A stretch of 64,000 nt of DNA from the human T2T-CHM13v2.0 reference genome, Homo sapiens: the NCBI RefSeq assembly GCF_009914755.1, contig NC_060926.1; one strand, given 5' to 3'. The notes under the pieces were generated by a model, which was given only the letters and a program-made list of their open reading frames with translations, searched no databases and was not told the DNA's origin. Positions 39,741 through 58,874 of this stretch are shown piece by piece (the first letter of the stretch is position 1; each line of letters begins with the position of its first letter). The position numbers and the translations under genes were made by a program.

Positions 39741-40278
39741 TCTGGCTCTTATGTGTTCCTTGCACCCATAAGCTCACAGCTTTCCCATCACTTTGGCAAA
39801 TTGTCTCGTGCACAGCCTGTGCTGTTACCTGTCACCTGCTCTGAGTCAGGCCTCGTCAGTTCCCAGCCGGCCCTCCTCCTGGAATCCAGCCCTGAGGGGC
39901 TACATGAGGCTCATGGCGCCAGACTCTCTGCAGTCCGCAAATGTTGACTGCGTGCCCTGAACACTGAAACACTGTGGTGTCCCTGCTGCCAGTTTTTTCT
40001 TTTAAAATCAACTTTATTGAAGTGTAATTTACACATCATAAAATGTACCTATTTAAATTCAGCGCATGTTGACAAATGTGTATATCTGTGTAGCTACCAC
40101 CTCAAATTTTCCATTATCCCAAAGAGTATCCTATGCCCCCTTGTGTCACCATCTTGCCCCTGGCCCAGGCAACCACCAATCACTTTGCTGGCACTAGAGA
40201 TTCATTTTGCCTCTTCTGTAATTTTATGATCAATCTAAAACATAAAATAATATTTTATTTTTCAAAACAACCAAAACT

Positions 40279-40563
40279 GCCCAGGCATGGTGGCTCACAC
40301 CTGTAATCCCAGCACTTTGGGAGGCCAAGGGAGGCTTGGGCCCAGTAGTTGGAGACCAGTCTGGGGAACATGGGGAAACCCCATCTTTATAAGAAATAGA
40401 AAAATTAGCTGGCCGTGGTAGCACATATCTGTAGACTCAGCTACTTGGAGGCTGAGGTGGAAGGATCTCTTAAGCTTGGGAGGTCGGGGCCACAGTGACC
40501 CATGTTTGTACCACTGCACTCTAGCCTGGGCGACAGAGCAAGAGCCTGTATGAAAAAAAAAAA
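40279..40563 (+). mobile_element. AluJ-like
   Basis: Diverged Alu consensus. Confidence 0.88.
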
Positions 40564-41323
40564 AACACACACACACCAAAAACTGATGTGTATGCTAATG
40601 TTTAAATAGCTTTCTAGATTCTTCTGATTGTAAACTTTTGGAATAAGCTAAGCAAAGCAAAATATATTATCTCTCTCTCTTTCTCTCTCTCTCTCCTTCT
40701 CTCTCTCTCTCCACCCCTCCCCTGACCATGATTACAACTCACCCTACCTTGTATTCCCTGTTCCCCAACCACAGCTCACCCCAAGAGCCTGCTGTTCTAA
40801 GGTATCTGATTTTCACAGACTCAGATGAAGACCCTCATCAACCACACTCACCAGGATAATCCTTGCTGCCATTTAATTTCTGAATCAAGACACTTGACAA
40901 GTTTCAGTGACACCCAGAGCACCCTCCCCACCTCTACCGCTCTCCCAGGAGAGTTGAGTTCCTGAGAAAAGCAATCTGGCTTTGAGTCCTTTTGTGTGCA
41001 ATGGATACCTGCTTATTCTGGGATGGCTTATCTAGCCCATTTTCCTTGCTTCTCCTCCTGCCTCTACCCCTACTCTCTGGCAGGCCTCTGCCTCCTCAGG
41101 GTGGCTTGAGGATCAGATTCCAAGCAGTCAGTCCAGGTCCTCATTATGTGGAGGGAGGAGGGGAACAAGAAACATTCATAAAACATGAAGCCGGGGCAGG
41201 CAGTATGGATCCTGGTTATGCACACTATGCTGGATACATTAGCCAAGTCAGTTTCACGTAAACCAAAGCCCAGTTTAACTGTAGCTAACCAGCTTATCTT
41301 TATTGTTTTGAATCACCTTTCAG

Positions 41324-41416
41324 GACAGCCGTCATCATTCTGAAATTTCAGACCAATTCCTAAGCGCTCTCGAAGATTTCCCAGTCACAATACCCCAGGG
41401 AGTCCAAACGTACCAG
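41324..41416 (+). pseudogene. AOX2P: AOX2-like exon 16
   Basis: cag|DSRHHSEISDQFLSALEDFPVTIPQGVQTYQ|gtcagt, 93 bp. Confidence 0.92.
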
Positions 41417-41848
41417 GTCAGTGAGTTTGATTTAACTGAAACCTGCAAACTAGAGCTGTGCTGAGCGAGCAAGCTTTTCAGAGCTGTGGTTTCAAGTCTG
41501 ACATTCTAGTCGTGGCTCTTTGCTTAGTCCGCGTCAGGGAGACGCTGGAATCTGAGGTCAGGCCCAAGCTGCTGCTAGATGAGCTCAAGGCTGAACCGTC
41601 CAGCTAATCTACAGTCTAATCATTATAGTCTCTTCAAAGTGATATTCTCTGGGCATTTGTTTGATATTTACTCAGAAGAGCAACCGAGCCAGAAGGTTCA
41701 GCCCCCAGCTCTGATTGCAAATGTTTAATCTCCAGTCAGCAAACAAATGCCCTGCGAGTAACTTAACTCACCGTTCTGGCAGGACAGTTTAGAAATTATG
41801 GATTCTTGCTACAGCACAACGCCTCTCCCACCCCACCTCCACATACAT

Positions 41849-41884
<36 letters not shown>

Positions 41885-42449
41885 CTTCCCTGAGAGGAGC
41901 TCCAGAATAAACACTATCTCCACCTCCTTACAGCCTAGTGATGTTTTTGTGCCACTCCCAAGGGCAGCCAGGACACCTTATTCTGGATCTGGGGGGACTC
42001 TGTTGCCATCCCCCAAACCCTGTGCCAGAGGCCCCAAACAAGTCCATACTTGGGCTTCGGGCTTGGATTTTGGCATCCCACCTTGGGAACTGTATCACTT
42101 TACCCCCCATCATCATGAGGACAGTACCCGTGGACAGACTGATCATTGGAAAGGTGAGGAGGCAGGACAGCGAGACCCCTGAGAACACCACCAGGGAAAA
42201 GAAAATGCCAGAAGGAGAAGCTGGGGTGCCCCTTCACCTACTTCGCCATTTATTGCCACATAACTGAAATAACAATTCACTGTTCTAGTGGCATCATCAA
42301 TGTGTCACACTCATCATCTGGCCCACTCCAGTGTTTGTCACCCGAGGGTGACCATCCGATTTCTCAATCCTAGCTCAGGAGTGTTGGTGATAGGCCAGGC
42401 CACTTCTGAAAATTAAAGGCTTCTGAGGCAACTCTTGTCTTCCCTGTAG

Positions 42450-42619
42450 AGTGTGGATCCTCACCAGCCTCTCCAAGACCCAGTTGGACACCCTATCATG
42501 CACCTGTCAGCTCTTAAACATGCCACTGGGGAAGCCATGTTTTGTGATGACATTCCCATGGTGGATAAAGAACTTTTCATGGCTTTGGTGACCAGTAGCA
42601 GGGCTCATGCAAAAATCAT
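42450..42619 (+). pseudogene. AOX2P: AOX2-like exon 17
   Basis: tag|[56 protein letters not shown]|gtaagt, 170 bp. Confidence 0.94.
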
Positions 42620-42811
42620 GTAAGTAAACGAAGAGCTTTCAAGAGCCTTTTAAAAGCACACTTGGGGACCCCTCAGAGGAATGCGCCCATGCTCCTGCCA
42701 TGTCCTGAACTTAAAGGACCTAAAATGGAAAGAATAAAGAAAAGGTTGCCAGCTCCAGGAGGAAGGGAGAGCATCTAGAAATGAACATCATGGAGAGAGA
42801 ATAAAAATCAC

Positions 42812-44727
<1,916 letters not shown>

Positions 44728-44891
44728 TATATTTTTTTTAATTTTTAGCCAAGCAGATGTAGTCAAATGCGACTCCAATGTGGTTACTATTGCTAAACAG
44801 CGACATCTAAGACAGCAGCCACTGCTAAGGTTGAACTAAGCCTATTCCCACCCAGAATTTTGTATCTGCTTCATGTGTGTACTTTCCACAG

Positions 44892-45014
44892 GTAGTCTGT
44901 GTGGGCCAGATCATCTGTGCTGTGGTTGCAGAAACAGACGTACAGGCAAAACGAGCAGCTGAAAAGATAAAGCTCACCTATGAAGATCTGGAACCTGTAA
45001 TCTTCACGATCAAG
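44892..45014 (+). pseudogene. AOX2P: AOX2-like exon 19
   Basis: cag|VVCVGQIICAVVAETDVQAKRAAEKIKLTYEDLEPVIFTIK|gtaa, 123 bp. Confidence 0.93.
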
Positions 45015-46601
45015 GTAAACAGGGCTGGCCGGTCTCTCCCTAAGGTTGTAGAATTAAAAGTACCTTTGTAAAAATCTTAATGAAGGATCTAATTGTTTTT
45101 CCTTGCCACTGGTTTGCTCTGGAAAAATCAACTTTCTTTGGAAAACATTACTTGCATGAGCTGAAATTATCTTTGGTTCCAAGGAGTGGAAAAGACAGAA
45201 GTTTCTCACATTCAAAAAGTCTAGAAGTGGGCAGTCCAGGACTTCTATGGCATTCTGTGTGTTTAGGATCCAGCCTTCTTATATCTAGTCACTCCATCAT
45301 GCATTGCTTCCTGGAGGGCACATTTGGTCCACAATGGCCACGGAAGCTCTAGCTGTTACATCCACATTCCAGACAGCTGAGAAAATAAGGTGATGAAGAA
45401 GGGTGTGCCCCCTCCCTTTAAGGACACTTCCCAGTCCTTAAAGGGAGGCATGTACATTGCACATGCCTTCCTCCATCTCTTTGTTTGGAACATGGTCGCA
45501 TGCCACACCTAACTGCAAGGGGAGCTGGGAAATGTGGATTTTATTCCAGGTGGCCAGAAAACCACTACAGATCGGAGACTCTATGACTTGAGGAGGAAGG
45601 TGAGGATGCATACTGGGAACAGTAATGTTTTCAAGGTAGAGCCCAAATGCAGTGGAACTTTCATGGTGGAATTCCACAGAAACTTCACTCTCGTTTCTGA
45701 GTCTAGATAATGATATTCAAATGGTATTTCGGGGAAGATAACGGAGTGAGGACAGACAATTCAGGTGTGGACTGGGGTTTTCAGGTTCTGATTCAGTGAG
45801 GGACAGGTTCAGAGTCAATGACTTGAGAAAAGCTTACTTGTTTGTGTGCTTGTGACAGAACATCAAATGTGTCCAGAGGCTTTCATGAACCATTGGGACA
45901 TTTTAAAATGTAACTAAATGGTACAAATTGCTCAATATTTAAAGTGTTTTTTTAAAAAAAAGTTTCTTGATCTTCCTAAACCAAATCAACTTTGTTCCAA
46001 ATTCCCATTTGCCAAGTTTGCAAGAATCCAGGCCATTTTTCTTGGCTCATTCCTCTTCCTTGGGTTGAACTAGGATCCTAATAAGGGTTTTTGAAATTGC
46101 CCTTCTAACCCCACTTTCCTCAAGGGGGAAATGGCACCCAGAGGACACACCCACGAACTATTCTAGAATTCAGAATGGGTAGGGATTTAGAGTTCCCTCC
46201 GAACAAGACTGTCCAGAGTCATCAAAACAAAATCCTCCACAAGTCATAAAATTGTCATATATATAATACCAATAGTGCTTCATCCATCTATTCATTTATT
46301 TATATGACTTTATAGATCAGAGGCAACATAGGGTCATGGTTACAAACACAGATCCTAGAACCAAACTGCCAGATTTGAATAGTGGCTGCACCACTTACTA
46401 GCTGTGTGACCTTAGGCAAGTTATTTAACCTCTCTGTGCCATGGTTTCCTCATCTGTAAAATGGAGGTAGTAATAATACGTATCTCATTAGTTTGTCATA
46501 AAATTAAATGAGTTAACAGGTGTAAAGCACTTAGAACAGTACCTGGCACATGGTTAGCACTCACCCAATATAGCCTATGTTATAACAATATTATACTGTC
46601 T

Positions 46602-46897
46602 TGGTTGGGCATAGTGGCTCATGCCTGTAATCCCAGCACCTTGGGAGGCTGAAGCAGGTGGATCACTTGAGGTCAGGAGTTTGAGATCAGCCTGGCCAAC
46701 ATGGTGAAACCCCGTCTCTACTAAAAATACGAAAATTAGCCAGGTGTGGTGATGCATGCCTGTAATCCCAGCCTCTTGGGAGGCCGAGGCAGGAGAACCA
46801 CTTGAGCCCAGGAGGCGGAGTTGCTGTGAGTCGAGATCACACCACTGCACTCCAGCCTGGGTGAAAGAGCAAGACTCCATCTAAAAAAAAAAAAAAA
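46602..46897 (+). mobile_element. AluS, next to a MIR (~46320-46575)
   Basis: Alu consensus; upstream MIR core tgtgaccttaggcaagttatttaacctctctgtgcc. Confidence 0.9.
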
Positions 46898-47546
46898 GAG
46901 ATTATGCTGTCTTATGACACATTTACAGTATGGCAATAAACATACTTTCACATGTACCAGGATGGCTTCTGAGATCTTAGTATAACAGAAAATGAAAAAA
47001 TTCAGCTATATTGTTCCTTGTCTGCTGCTTTGAAAAAATCAAGTGTTCATCATTAGATAGTATGTTTTTAAAAACTTAGCCTGGGCTTGAACACTTCCTT
47101 TATCACTTATTTACAGTGTGACTTTGAGAAAGTTCTTTTAACCTCTCTAAGCCCAGTTTCCTCATCTAGGAAACAGAGATCATAACAGAATGAACGTAAG
47201 GATACAAGTACATACGCTGTTATTGCACAGTGCTTAGCACAAAGCAAGCTCTCCATCAATATTAGCTGCTCCCAGGAGCATCATCAGCAAGAAAGGCTAT
47301 GGCATCTGAGGCCATCAGAGCCTAGGAAGGCAGGAGACAGGTGTCATTCAGAAGTATGAAAAAATACCTTGGTTCTAAAGGCTAAACAAGGATCCGCTGT
47401 CAGTAGGTCAGTCCACAGAACCAGTCTTTATTTGTAAGTCAGTTCATGTTATTGTCAGGGGGAAGAAAAAAAAAACATAGAACAAAGAGCTAGAAAAGCC
47501 CTTATGAGATGATGCCAAATACTCAAAGAAAGGAACAAACTTCCTA

Positions 47547-47614
47547 TTAGGTTGGTGCAAAAGCAATTGCAAACTTTTATAGCAAAAACTACAATTGCTA
47601 TTGCACCAACCTAA
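47547..47614. mobile_element. MADE1 mariner-derived MITE
   Basis: TIRs ttaggttggtgcaa...ttgcaccaacctaa flanked by TA on both sides. Confidence 0.9.
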
Positions 47615-48169
47615 TACAATGTGTACTGGGCTTTTCTGCCCCAGAGATGTGTAATAACTTGTGTCTTCCCTCTCAAGACAGCCTCAGTATTTTTCAGATC
47701 CCTGAGTGAGAGGTTCTTGTACCTGAGCTACCTAAGTAGTCTAACACAAGCATTTTTCTTCAAGGAAAAGGTAAACGAAAAAAAAAAGGCAGATTCCCAA
47801 ACCTCACCCATCATGCACATTTGACTTATCTCATGTTCCCTGGAGAGTCACATTTAAATAAGAAATTAGTATTCATCGTCCGGGATCATCATAGTGTCCC
47901 CAGCCCTCAGTTATGAACGTAGCTTCCTTCTGAAGGTTTCGCTAATCCTTCTTGCTGGTTTTCTCTGCAAATCTAGAAGACCTTTCCTTGGACTTCCCAT
48001 CTCTGCAGCCAGCCTACCGCTCTAATTCTCCCTTGCTTGTTTGACACCTTTCATCTGTCCCGGGAGACAGTGATTTTCCAGAGCATACTGGCTTTTAAGA
48101 AAAAACTAACAGTGGAAGGAAAAGTCGGAAGAACTGGCTTTTATGCTTTTTTGTTTTTCTGCAATTTAG

Positions 48170-48267
48170 GATGCCATAAAACACAATTCATTCCTGTGCC
48201 GTGAAAAAAAAACTTGAAAAAGGAAACGTTGAGGAGGCCTTTGAAAAAGTCGACCAAATTGTTGAAG
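48170..48267 (+). pseudogene. AOX2P: AOX2-like exon 20 (+1 frameshift in an A9 run)
   Basis: tag|DAIKHNSFLCREKK(+A)LEKGNVEEAFEKVDQIVE|gtgag; 98 bp versus the canonical 97. Confidence 0.92.
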
Positions 48268-48408
48268 GTGAGCTCCCAGGGATACTTAATAGACTCTGCC
48301 TGATTCTATTCTGAAGCAACCATCAAAAGTGTATGATTTCCCCTCAGAAAGTCCAGCCTCTAAAGTCTTGGTGCTTTGCCAAATTTCTCTTACATCTCTT
48401 CCTTTCAA

Positions 48409-48449
<41 letters not shown>

Positions 48450-48633
48450 AGTTTTGGCGTTGGTGGGTAGGGAGCAATAGCATAAATAAAAGAAAATCTC
48501 TAAGATTTTGGTTTGGGCAGAGTAAGGAACAAAACTTGGCACTTTTAATTTGTGATCCAGAACTATTGTCTCTGAAACAGATTGCCACAGGACAAATGCC
48601 TGGTTCCTTCGTCAGGATAAATCCAGGCCAGCC

Positions 48634-49173
<540 letters not shown>

Positions 49174-49896
49174 GTGAGGTCCAGGATAATACCCACGTCC
49201 CCACCTTCCTAATTCCATGATCACAGTCGATCCCACAGCCTCACAATCACTGGCCATTTTACCTGCAGAAACCTGGAATCCAAGCATTAGACATCAGACA
49301 TCAATAATGCAGCCAAGACCTCAGAACCTTTTTTTTTTTTTTTGGTCTTTTCAAGTAAATAAAAAAATAGTCACAGTAATTTTAGGTTTCAAGAGTACGT
49401 TCATTTGCATCATGCTTAGATGAGCTCTGTGATGAGATGGCATCACTAAACTATTTCTGTACTTGATTTTTCTCTAAAATAATCATCACAGATAACCTTT
49501 GGAGTCAACACATCACTTTATAGTACATTTTCATTTCCCCAGTCACAAAGTGCTCTAGGTTTAGCTGCAAACACATCATCTCCTTGGTAGGTTGTCAGGA
49601 GTTCGCCGGCTTTCATCTCCTTGGGACTTTAGACTAGGAACCCAGCTTCTCACAGGAATCCAGGGCTCTGACAGTTTTCCTTCTGGAAAATACCATTTTT
49701 CTGCTAGAAGGGCTGCTCTGTGCGGACCAACGGTGTTTACGAGCTAAACAGAGCCCCACCAGACAGATTCAGACTATCTCCATTTTTTTTACCAATGGTA
49801 GATGTGAATGAATTCTGCTGGGATGCTGTTTCAAGAAACAAAAAGCTTCTTTTCCATTTCACTCTTATAAACCTTCTTGTTATCTCACTTTTACAG

Positions 49897-50030
49897 AAAA
49901 CAGTGTCCTCTACTTTAAACATCCCCATCAACAGGATCACCTGTCATGTAAAACGAGTGGGTGGAGGTTTTGGAGGGAAGGTAGGAAAGCCAGCTGTATT
50001 CGGGGCTATTGCAGCTGTGGGTGCTATCAA
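49897..50030 (+). pseudogene. AOX2P: AOX2-like exon 22
   Basis: cag|KTVSSTLNIPINRITCHVKRVGGGFGGKVGKPAVFGAIAAVGAIK|gtaagt, 134 bp; GGGFGGK motif. Confidence 0.95.
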
Positions 50031-51143
50031 GTAAGTATGGTTGGGGATGCTTAGGGATACAGAATGGCATCAAATGCACAGAGCTGAGGGCAAATCAGTG
50101 GCTGACAGTCATCTGGGCTGCCATCATAACCATGTGTGTGTCCTTGGGCAATTCAGCCTCCTGTCTGTTTCTTTAAAAAATGTAAATAATCATACCTACC
50201 CTCCCACACTTTTAGAGTTATTGCAAAAGTCAAATGTACACAGGACTTTGAATAGCTGACATGCTATTGAAAGGAGCAGTGGTACTATTAGCTGAATACC
50301 TCCTGAGCTTCAGGGAAAGTGAGCCGTTGAGGGGTGGGGCAAGTCACCCTGCCCAAGTGGAGTGCTAGGGGAGGCTGCTCCCTGACTCTTCTTTCCTGCT
50401 CTCAGACCAAGAACAGGGTGAGGTAAGGAAAGAAAGGCTCTTCATCCTCTGCCTCCCTGCACCTGGGAAGGGCTGCGTCCTCAGAGTCTGCTCAATGGAC
50501 AGATGACTCATCCTCAAAGACAGCTCCCAGGCTGACCTCAGCGGAAGGCTCACTCCTTTGCTGTTCATGCCTCAGATTTGTATTTAGTTGGTGCTGCTTT
50601 TTCTGTTAATGGTTCATTTTCTGTGGCTAAGTATTCTGTCAGAGCCCCAGAGGGCATGCAAAGTTTACAGGCCCTGCTTCATTTGACAACTCTTGTAGTT
50701 CAGAGCTAGGTCCTGAAACACTCAGACATATGTCTCAGTCCTCAGTGAGAAGTGGGAAAAAGCAGGATCTGAATCCCATCTCCAATTCTTTCCATAATTA
50801 AATCCACTCCACTCACACCCACTGGGGATTCAGCACAAGATAATCAGTTCATTGAATTCCCCCCAGGCGTTGTGGCTTTAAGACTTCTCAAACACGACTG
50901 CACGTTAGAATCATCTGGGCAGCATTTAAATACCAGTGCCCAGGCTGCCCCATACTGACCCAGGCATCCGTATATTTTAAAACTTCCTCAGTGGTTCCAC
51001 TGTGCAGCCAAGTGTGGCAACCAGTGCCTTAAGATACAACTCTACCTTGGTACCCAAGGGCCATGCATTAAATGATCCCCAGAGTAATGTTCCCAAACCT
51101 AATAGTAAGTAAGAGTTGCCTGATGTCATAGAAATTCCTGCCT

Positions 51144-54153
<3,010 letters not shown>

Positions 54154-55280
54154 GTCCAAGTTTTATTTTATTTTTTAAGAAACAATTTCAATTCCAATAT
54201 AATATATATAAACAATTTCACTTCATATATACATATATATATATACATATATATATGTGTATATATATATATATATATACACATATATATATATACACAC
54301 ACACATATATAATCCTTCAGACACAGCTAACAAAGTTTTGCTTGGTTATTCAGAACTATTTGTAAATTAGGATAACATGTGTTTATGTTTAAATAGTTTC
54401 TTCCAAATTTTTGAAAAGTTTATATGAAATAGTTTAAGGATTCTGCTACCTTATTTATAGTACTATTTTGCTTAGCAGTCCTTTCTTCATGAAAGTCAAA
54501 GGTAAACTTCAGTCAAAGTCTAATGTTAACCCTATAGTTATATATATAGTCGTGTGGATCCTTCAGTTGTATTTATCCCTGCTTTCAGAAAGGCAAAGGG
54601 ACCTGGATCAATCCTCGTTTGGTAGAACTACAGTAGGGAGTGGGGATTTTTCTTTTCTTTTTAATGTGGACTGTATAGACAAAATGGTCTGGATGGGTGG
54701 AGGGGAGTGGCAACACTGAAAGAATGCAAGCTGCCTTAAGCTCTTCCCAAACAGTAACAACAGCACGAGCTCAGGTTTGTTAGGTCAGGTAAGCATATAC
54801 AAACATCTTCACCACCTAGTGAAATGAGAGCAGTCCCCATGCATCCATTCAGGGACCTCAGCTTCAGAGGCTTTCCCATAACAGGATACACTGTGATTCA
54901 TTCCAACACATTCTGGAATTCCAGAGACTTTTTCACCAGGGAGGAAACCACACACTAAATTAGAAAGAAAGTCAGTAAAAAAATGAAGGGGAATCTTCCA
55001 AGAATAAGGATGAAGAGGGTGGCAATTATAGTCCAGGAGACAAGCAAAGTCTTTAGAATCCCATGCTGACTGTGAAGCCAGAAAATCACATGTTGGAAGG
55101 AAAGAGCTCAGCAAAATTCAGCTCAGAAGTCTCCATCAGTCAAGCAAGGCATGGTACACCATAAAGCAAACAGGGAGCTGAGTCTGGCCTCTGTCCTGCC
55201 CTGTGGGGGAACTGGGCTATGTCTCACAATTGGCATGCAAATTTTGAACATCTCAGTAAATAACTATCATTTGGTGACAG

Positions 55281-55367
55281 GTAGGATTCATGAACAACGG
55301 GCGGATCAAAGCTCTAGACATTGAGTGCTACATTAACGGAGGATGCACGCTGGATGACTCTGAGCTG
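55281..55367 (+). pseudogene. AOX2P: AOX2-like exon 24
   Basis: cag|[29 protein letters not shown]|gt, 87 bp. Confidence 0.93.
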
Positions 55368-55545
55368 GTACGTACACCAGAAAGCAGCAACGTGCTTGAC
55401 CATGAGTAGAATGCCAAATTTCTAGATGACTCTTTATGAAGTTTATTTCCTAATGTAGTTAAATTCTACAAGCCGTTTGACTCTGTACTTGACTTTCAGA
55501 GAAAAGAAAAAAAAAGTGATGATAAATGTGAATATCCCTTTTTAG

Positions 55546-55740
55546 GTAACAGAATTTCTAATACTAAAGCTGGAAAATGCATATAAAATTCGCAACCTGT
55601 TCAGGTTCCAGGGCCGTGCATGCATGACAAATTTACCATCCAATACGGCCTTTCGTGGATTTGGCTTCCCACAAGGAGCCCTAGTAACAGAATCTTGCAT
55701 CACAGCTGTGGCAGCCAAATGTGGCCTTCCACCAGAAAAG
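55546..55740 (+). pseudogene. AOX2P: AOX2-like exon 25
   Basis: tag|[65 protein letters not shown]|gtaa; 195 bp (one extra codon versus 192); AFRGFG motif. Confidence 0.94.
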
Positions 55741-57924
55741 GTAATGTTGCAACAAAGGCCATAACCAAAGTTGCTGATGAACCAGACTGGGAAACCCAGC
55801 TTCTTTGACCCAAGGAAACACACTAGAAGAACCACATGAATTAGCCCTGGCTCAGAATTCAAAGTGAATTAAAAGCTACCTAAAAAAACTCACCTCACCC
55901 TATCTTCCTCCTTCCTTACTTACGCAAACATCTCTTTTTTTTCATTTGTACCAAAATAATTACTCTACTTAAAATTCAAACCACACCGAAGTAATCAAAA
56001 AAAGGGAATGCCCCTTTTTCCACCCCCAACCCTCTTGGTCAAGGGTAATCATTGTTAACAATTCCATGTTTATTGTTCTACCCCTTTTTCTATCTTTGGC
56101 CACCCATTTGTATTCATACACACATACCTAAACATTGACATATAACATATATGTGCACACGTATGGTTATTTACCAGAATGGGACCATAGCATACATATT
56201 ACTCTGCCCCTTCCTTCTCCTACAGGACAGTATGCCATGGCCATCTTTCTATGTCAGTAGAATGGTCTGCTTCATTCTTTTTCATGACTGAATAGTACTA
56301 TGTAATGTGCACGTACCATAACTTATTTAACCACTCCACTATTAATATACATTCTGGCTGTTACCATTTTTGGCCATTAAAATGATGTTACAATAAACAT
56401 CTTGGTACATATGTACCCAGGTATATGTTTGCCTTATTTATCTTTAGGATAAATTTACAGAAGTGGAATTACTGGTGCACTTGAAAACTTTTAAGAAATA
56501 CTGCCAGAAGAACACCCTCTGAAAATACTGTTTTTCACAATAGACCAGAAGGTGCACAGGATGTACAGTATGCTGGACTAGAGAGAGGCAGCTTCTGGAA
56601 TTGAGATCATGGTCAATAACTTGCTTCCACTCCCCACACATTCCAATCAGAGCCCACCCTACCTTTTCCATTTCTGTCCCCTGTTTCCCCAATATAGACC
56701 CCCTACTCCAGCAAGAACTCTCCTATGTATTGTCCCTAGAACTGCTTTGTCCCTAAATTCAACAGGAATTCCAGGTTTGTGATTGTCGGGGTACTTCCTA
56801 CAAACAAGAGAACACCTAATATTTTGTACAAGGAAGGCAGTAGTTATCCTAAGAGAAGTCACGTACAGTGTTCCACGGGTACCAGAGAAGGAAGGCATCA
56901 CGTTGGCATGGGGAGAGGGGAACCAGGAAGGACTTTCTGGAGAAGATGGCACTTGAGATAGGCCTTGAAGAATAATTGGCACAGATGTTGGAAAGGTGAT
57001 CTAGGCAAGTAGAACAGCATGAGCAAGAGTGTCAATGTCTGTGTAGTTCAGTTTCCTTATCTATAAATGACTCACCTCACAGAGTTCCTGCAAGAATCAA
57101 ATAATTTAACATTCATTACAATATTTGTTTTATAAACTGGATAGTATTATTCCAACGTTGTTGCCAATAATAATAATTCTTTTACTGTGATTAGAATAAA
57201 ATGGAGATGATTTAAAAAAACTTCTAGGCAAATCTCAGCAGGCTCTCCTTTGTCAAGTGTTGCAAGTTTCCAGGACATATAACATAAAACACACCTTATT
57301 CAAATAAGCCGTTTTTTTTTTCTTTCTTTCTTTTAGAGATGAGGTCTCACTACGTTGCCCAGGCTGGTCTTGAACTCCTGAGCTTAAGTGATCCTCCTGC
57401 CTCGGTCTCCCAAAGTGCTAGGATTACAGGTGTCAGCCACCACACGAGGCCCAAAGAAACTGCTGAAAAGATTTACCCATACATTCCAAAGGCAATTAAA
57501 AGACTTAGAGGGGATCTGCTATTATTTGCAATGCTATTCCTCCCTGGCAGGACAAATCTTCAGTTATGACAATGAATCCTTGCTTTAGTGTACTGCCCAC
57601 CAGCTCTGCTCCATCCTCTGAACCTTGTAGAATAAAAAGAAAAGAAAAATCTACCTCCCTAGGCCCCTACATCCCACTGCCTTTCATGGAATAGTCTCCA
57701 CCTGCTACCTTCCACTTCTAGTAAGGAGAGACCCTAACTGGTGCATTGATGAAGAGGTAAAAATAACCTCTACTATTTTTGCAAAAGCATGTACCATTCA
57801 AAGAAAAAACAGACCCTGTCTTCCCTTCTCTACAACTTGTGCTTTCGTGGAGAGGTTTTTCAAGTCTCTATTTGGCCATCAGTTTCTGCCTTACCATAAC
57901 TACTGAATTTCCCACCTGTTTCAG

Positions 57925-58212
57925 ATTAGAGAGAAAAATATGTACAAAACATATCTACAGATATGTAGATAAACATATCTACAGATATGTAGATAAACAT
58001 ATCTACAGATATGTAGATAAAACCATCTACAAACAAGCATTCAACCTGAGACCCTGATAAGATGTTGGAATGAGTGTCTAGACAAGTCTTCCTTTCACAG
58101 CAGAAGAATGCAAGTCGAAGAGTTCAATAAGAAGAATTATTGGAAGAAGAAAGGCATTGCTATTATTCCCATGAAGTTTTCAGTTGGCTTTGCTGCAACA
58201 AGCTACCATCGG
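57925..58212 (+). pseudogene. AOX2P: AOX2-like exon 26 disrupted by a tandem repeat
   Basis: cag|IREKNMYKT[insertion]VDKTIYKQAFN..ETLIRCWNECLDKSSFHSRRMQVEEFNKKNYWKKKGIAIIPMKFSVGFAATSYHR|gtaag; 288 bp versus 228; in-frame TAA at 57970-57972. Confidence 0.92.
57947..58018. repeat. 3 x 24 bp perfect tandem repeat (aaacatatctacagatatgtagat)
   Basis: Units read directly at 57947-57970, 57971-57994 and 57995-58018. Confidence 0.97.
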
Positions 58213-58874
58213 GTAAGACTTGCATATAGGATAAATAACCTTCATGCTAGACACACTCCTGGCCCAATCAGCTTTTGTGGACTTTGAAAAATATCTCATT
58301 TCTTAGAGCATTGAGCTCCTCCCTGCCAACACCTAAGAGAAATATACAGAACTGTCCAGAGCAGCACCCCTATCTGCAAGCATTTTTAATACAGTGCAGT
58401 ATTTGTTTCCTTCTTGGGAAACAAATCCCTAATCAACTGAAGTCAGGAAGACCTGAGAAATCCTCGGCTCTGTATTGACCAGCTGTGCAACATTAAATTA
58501 TTCAACATCTCTGAGCCTCAGCTTTCCCAGTGATAATAACAATAATAGTAATAACAATAACTCTGTCTTAAGATTGATGAGGACTCAGTAAGATAGTGAA
58601 TGTAGAGCAGCACTTGGCTGGGTTCCTGGAACACTGTGGATGTCATCCAGAGCATCACTAGGCCCCTCCCAGGACAGCTCAGACACACCTCTCAGGGCTC
58701 CTCCTCCTCTGGTGGGTAGGATGAGACCCCCTGAACCTCTGGGTCACATGTTCAGGCCCAGCATGCCCCTTCTATAAACAGGCACAAGAAGGTTAACTGT
58801 CATGTCTGCAAGCTAGATGCAATCAAAGGCTGTGACATCAGAGAAACTTGAGAGCTGCCTGTGTGGTTTCCTCT

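Noticed and set aside
57947-58018. Palindromic direct repeats superficially like a CRISPR array
   Set aside because: Head-to-tail units with no spacers, in a primate exon, with no cas genes; it is a minisatellite.
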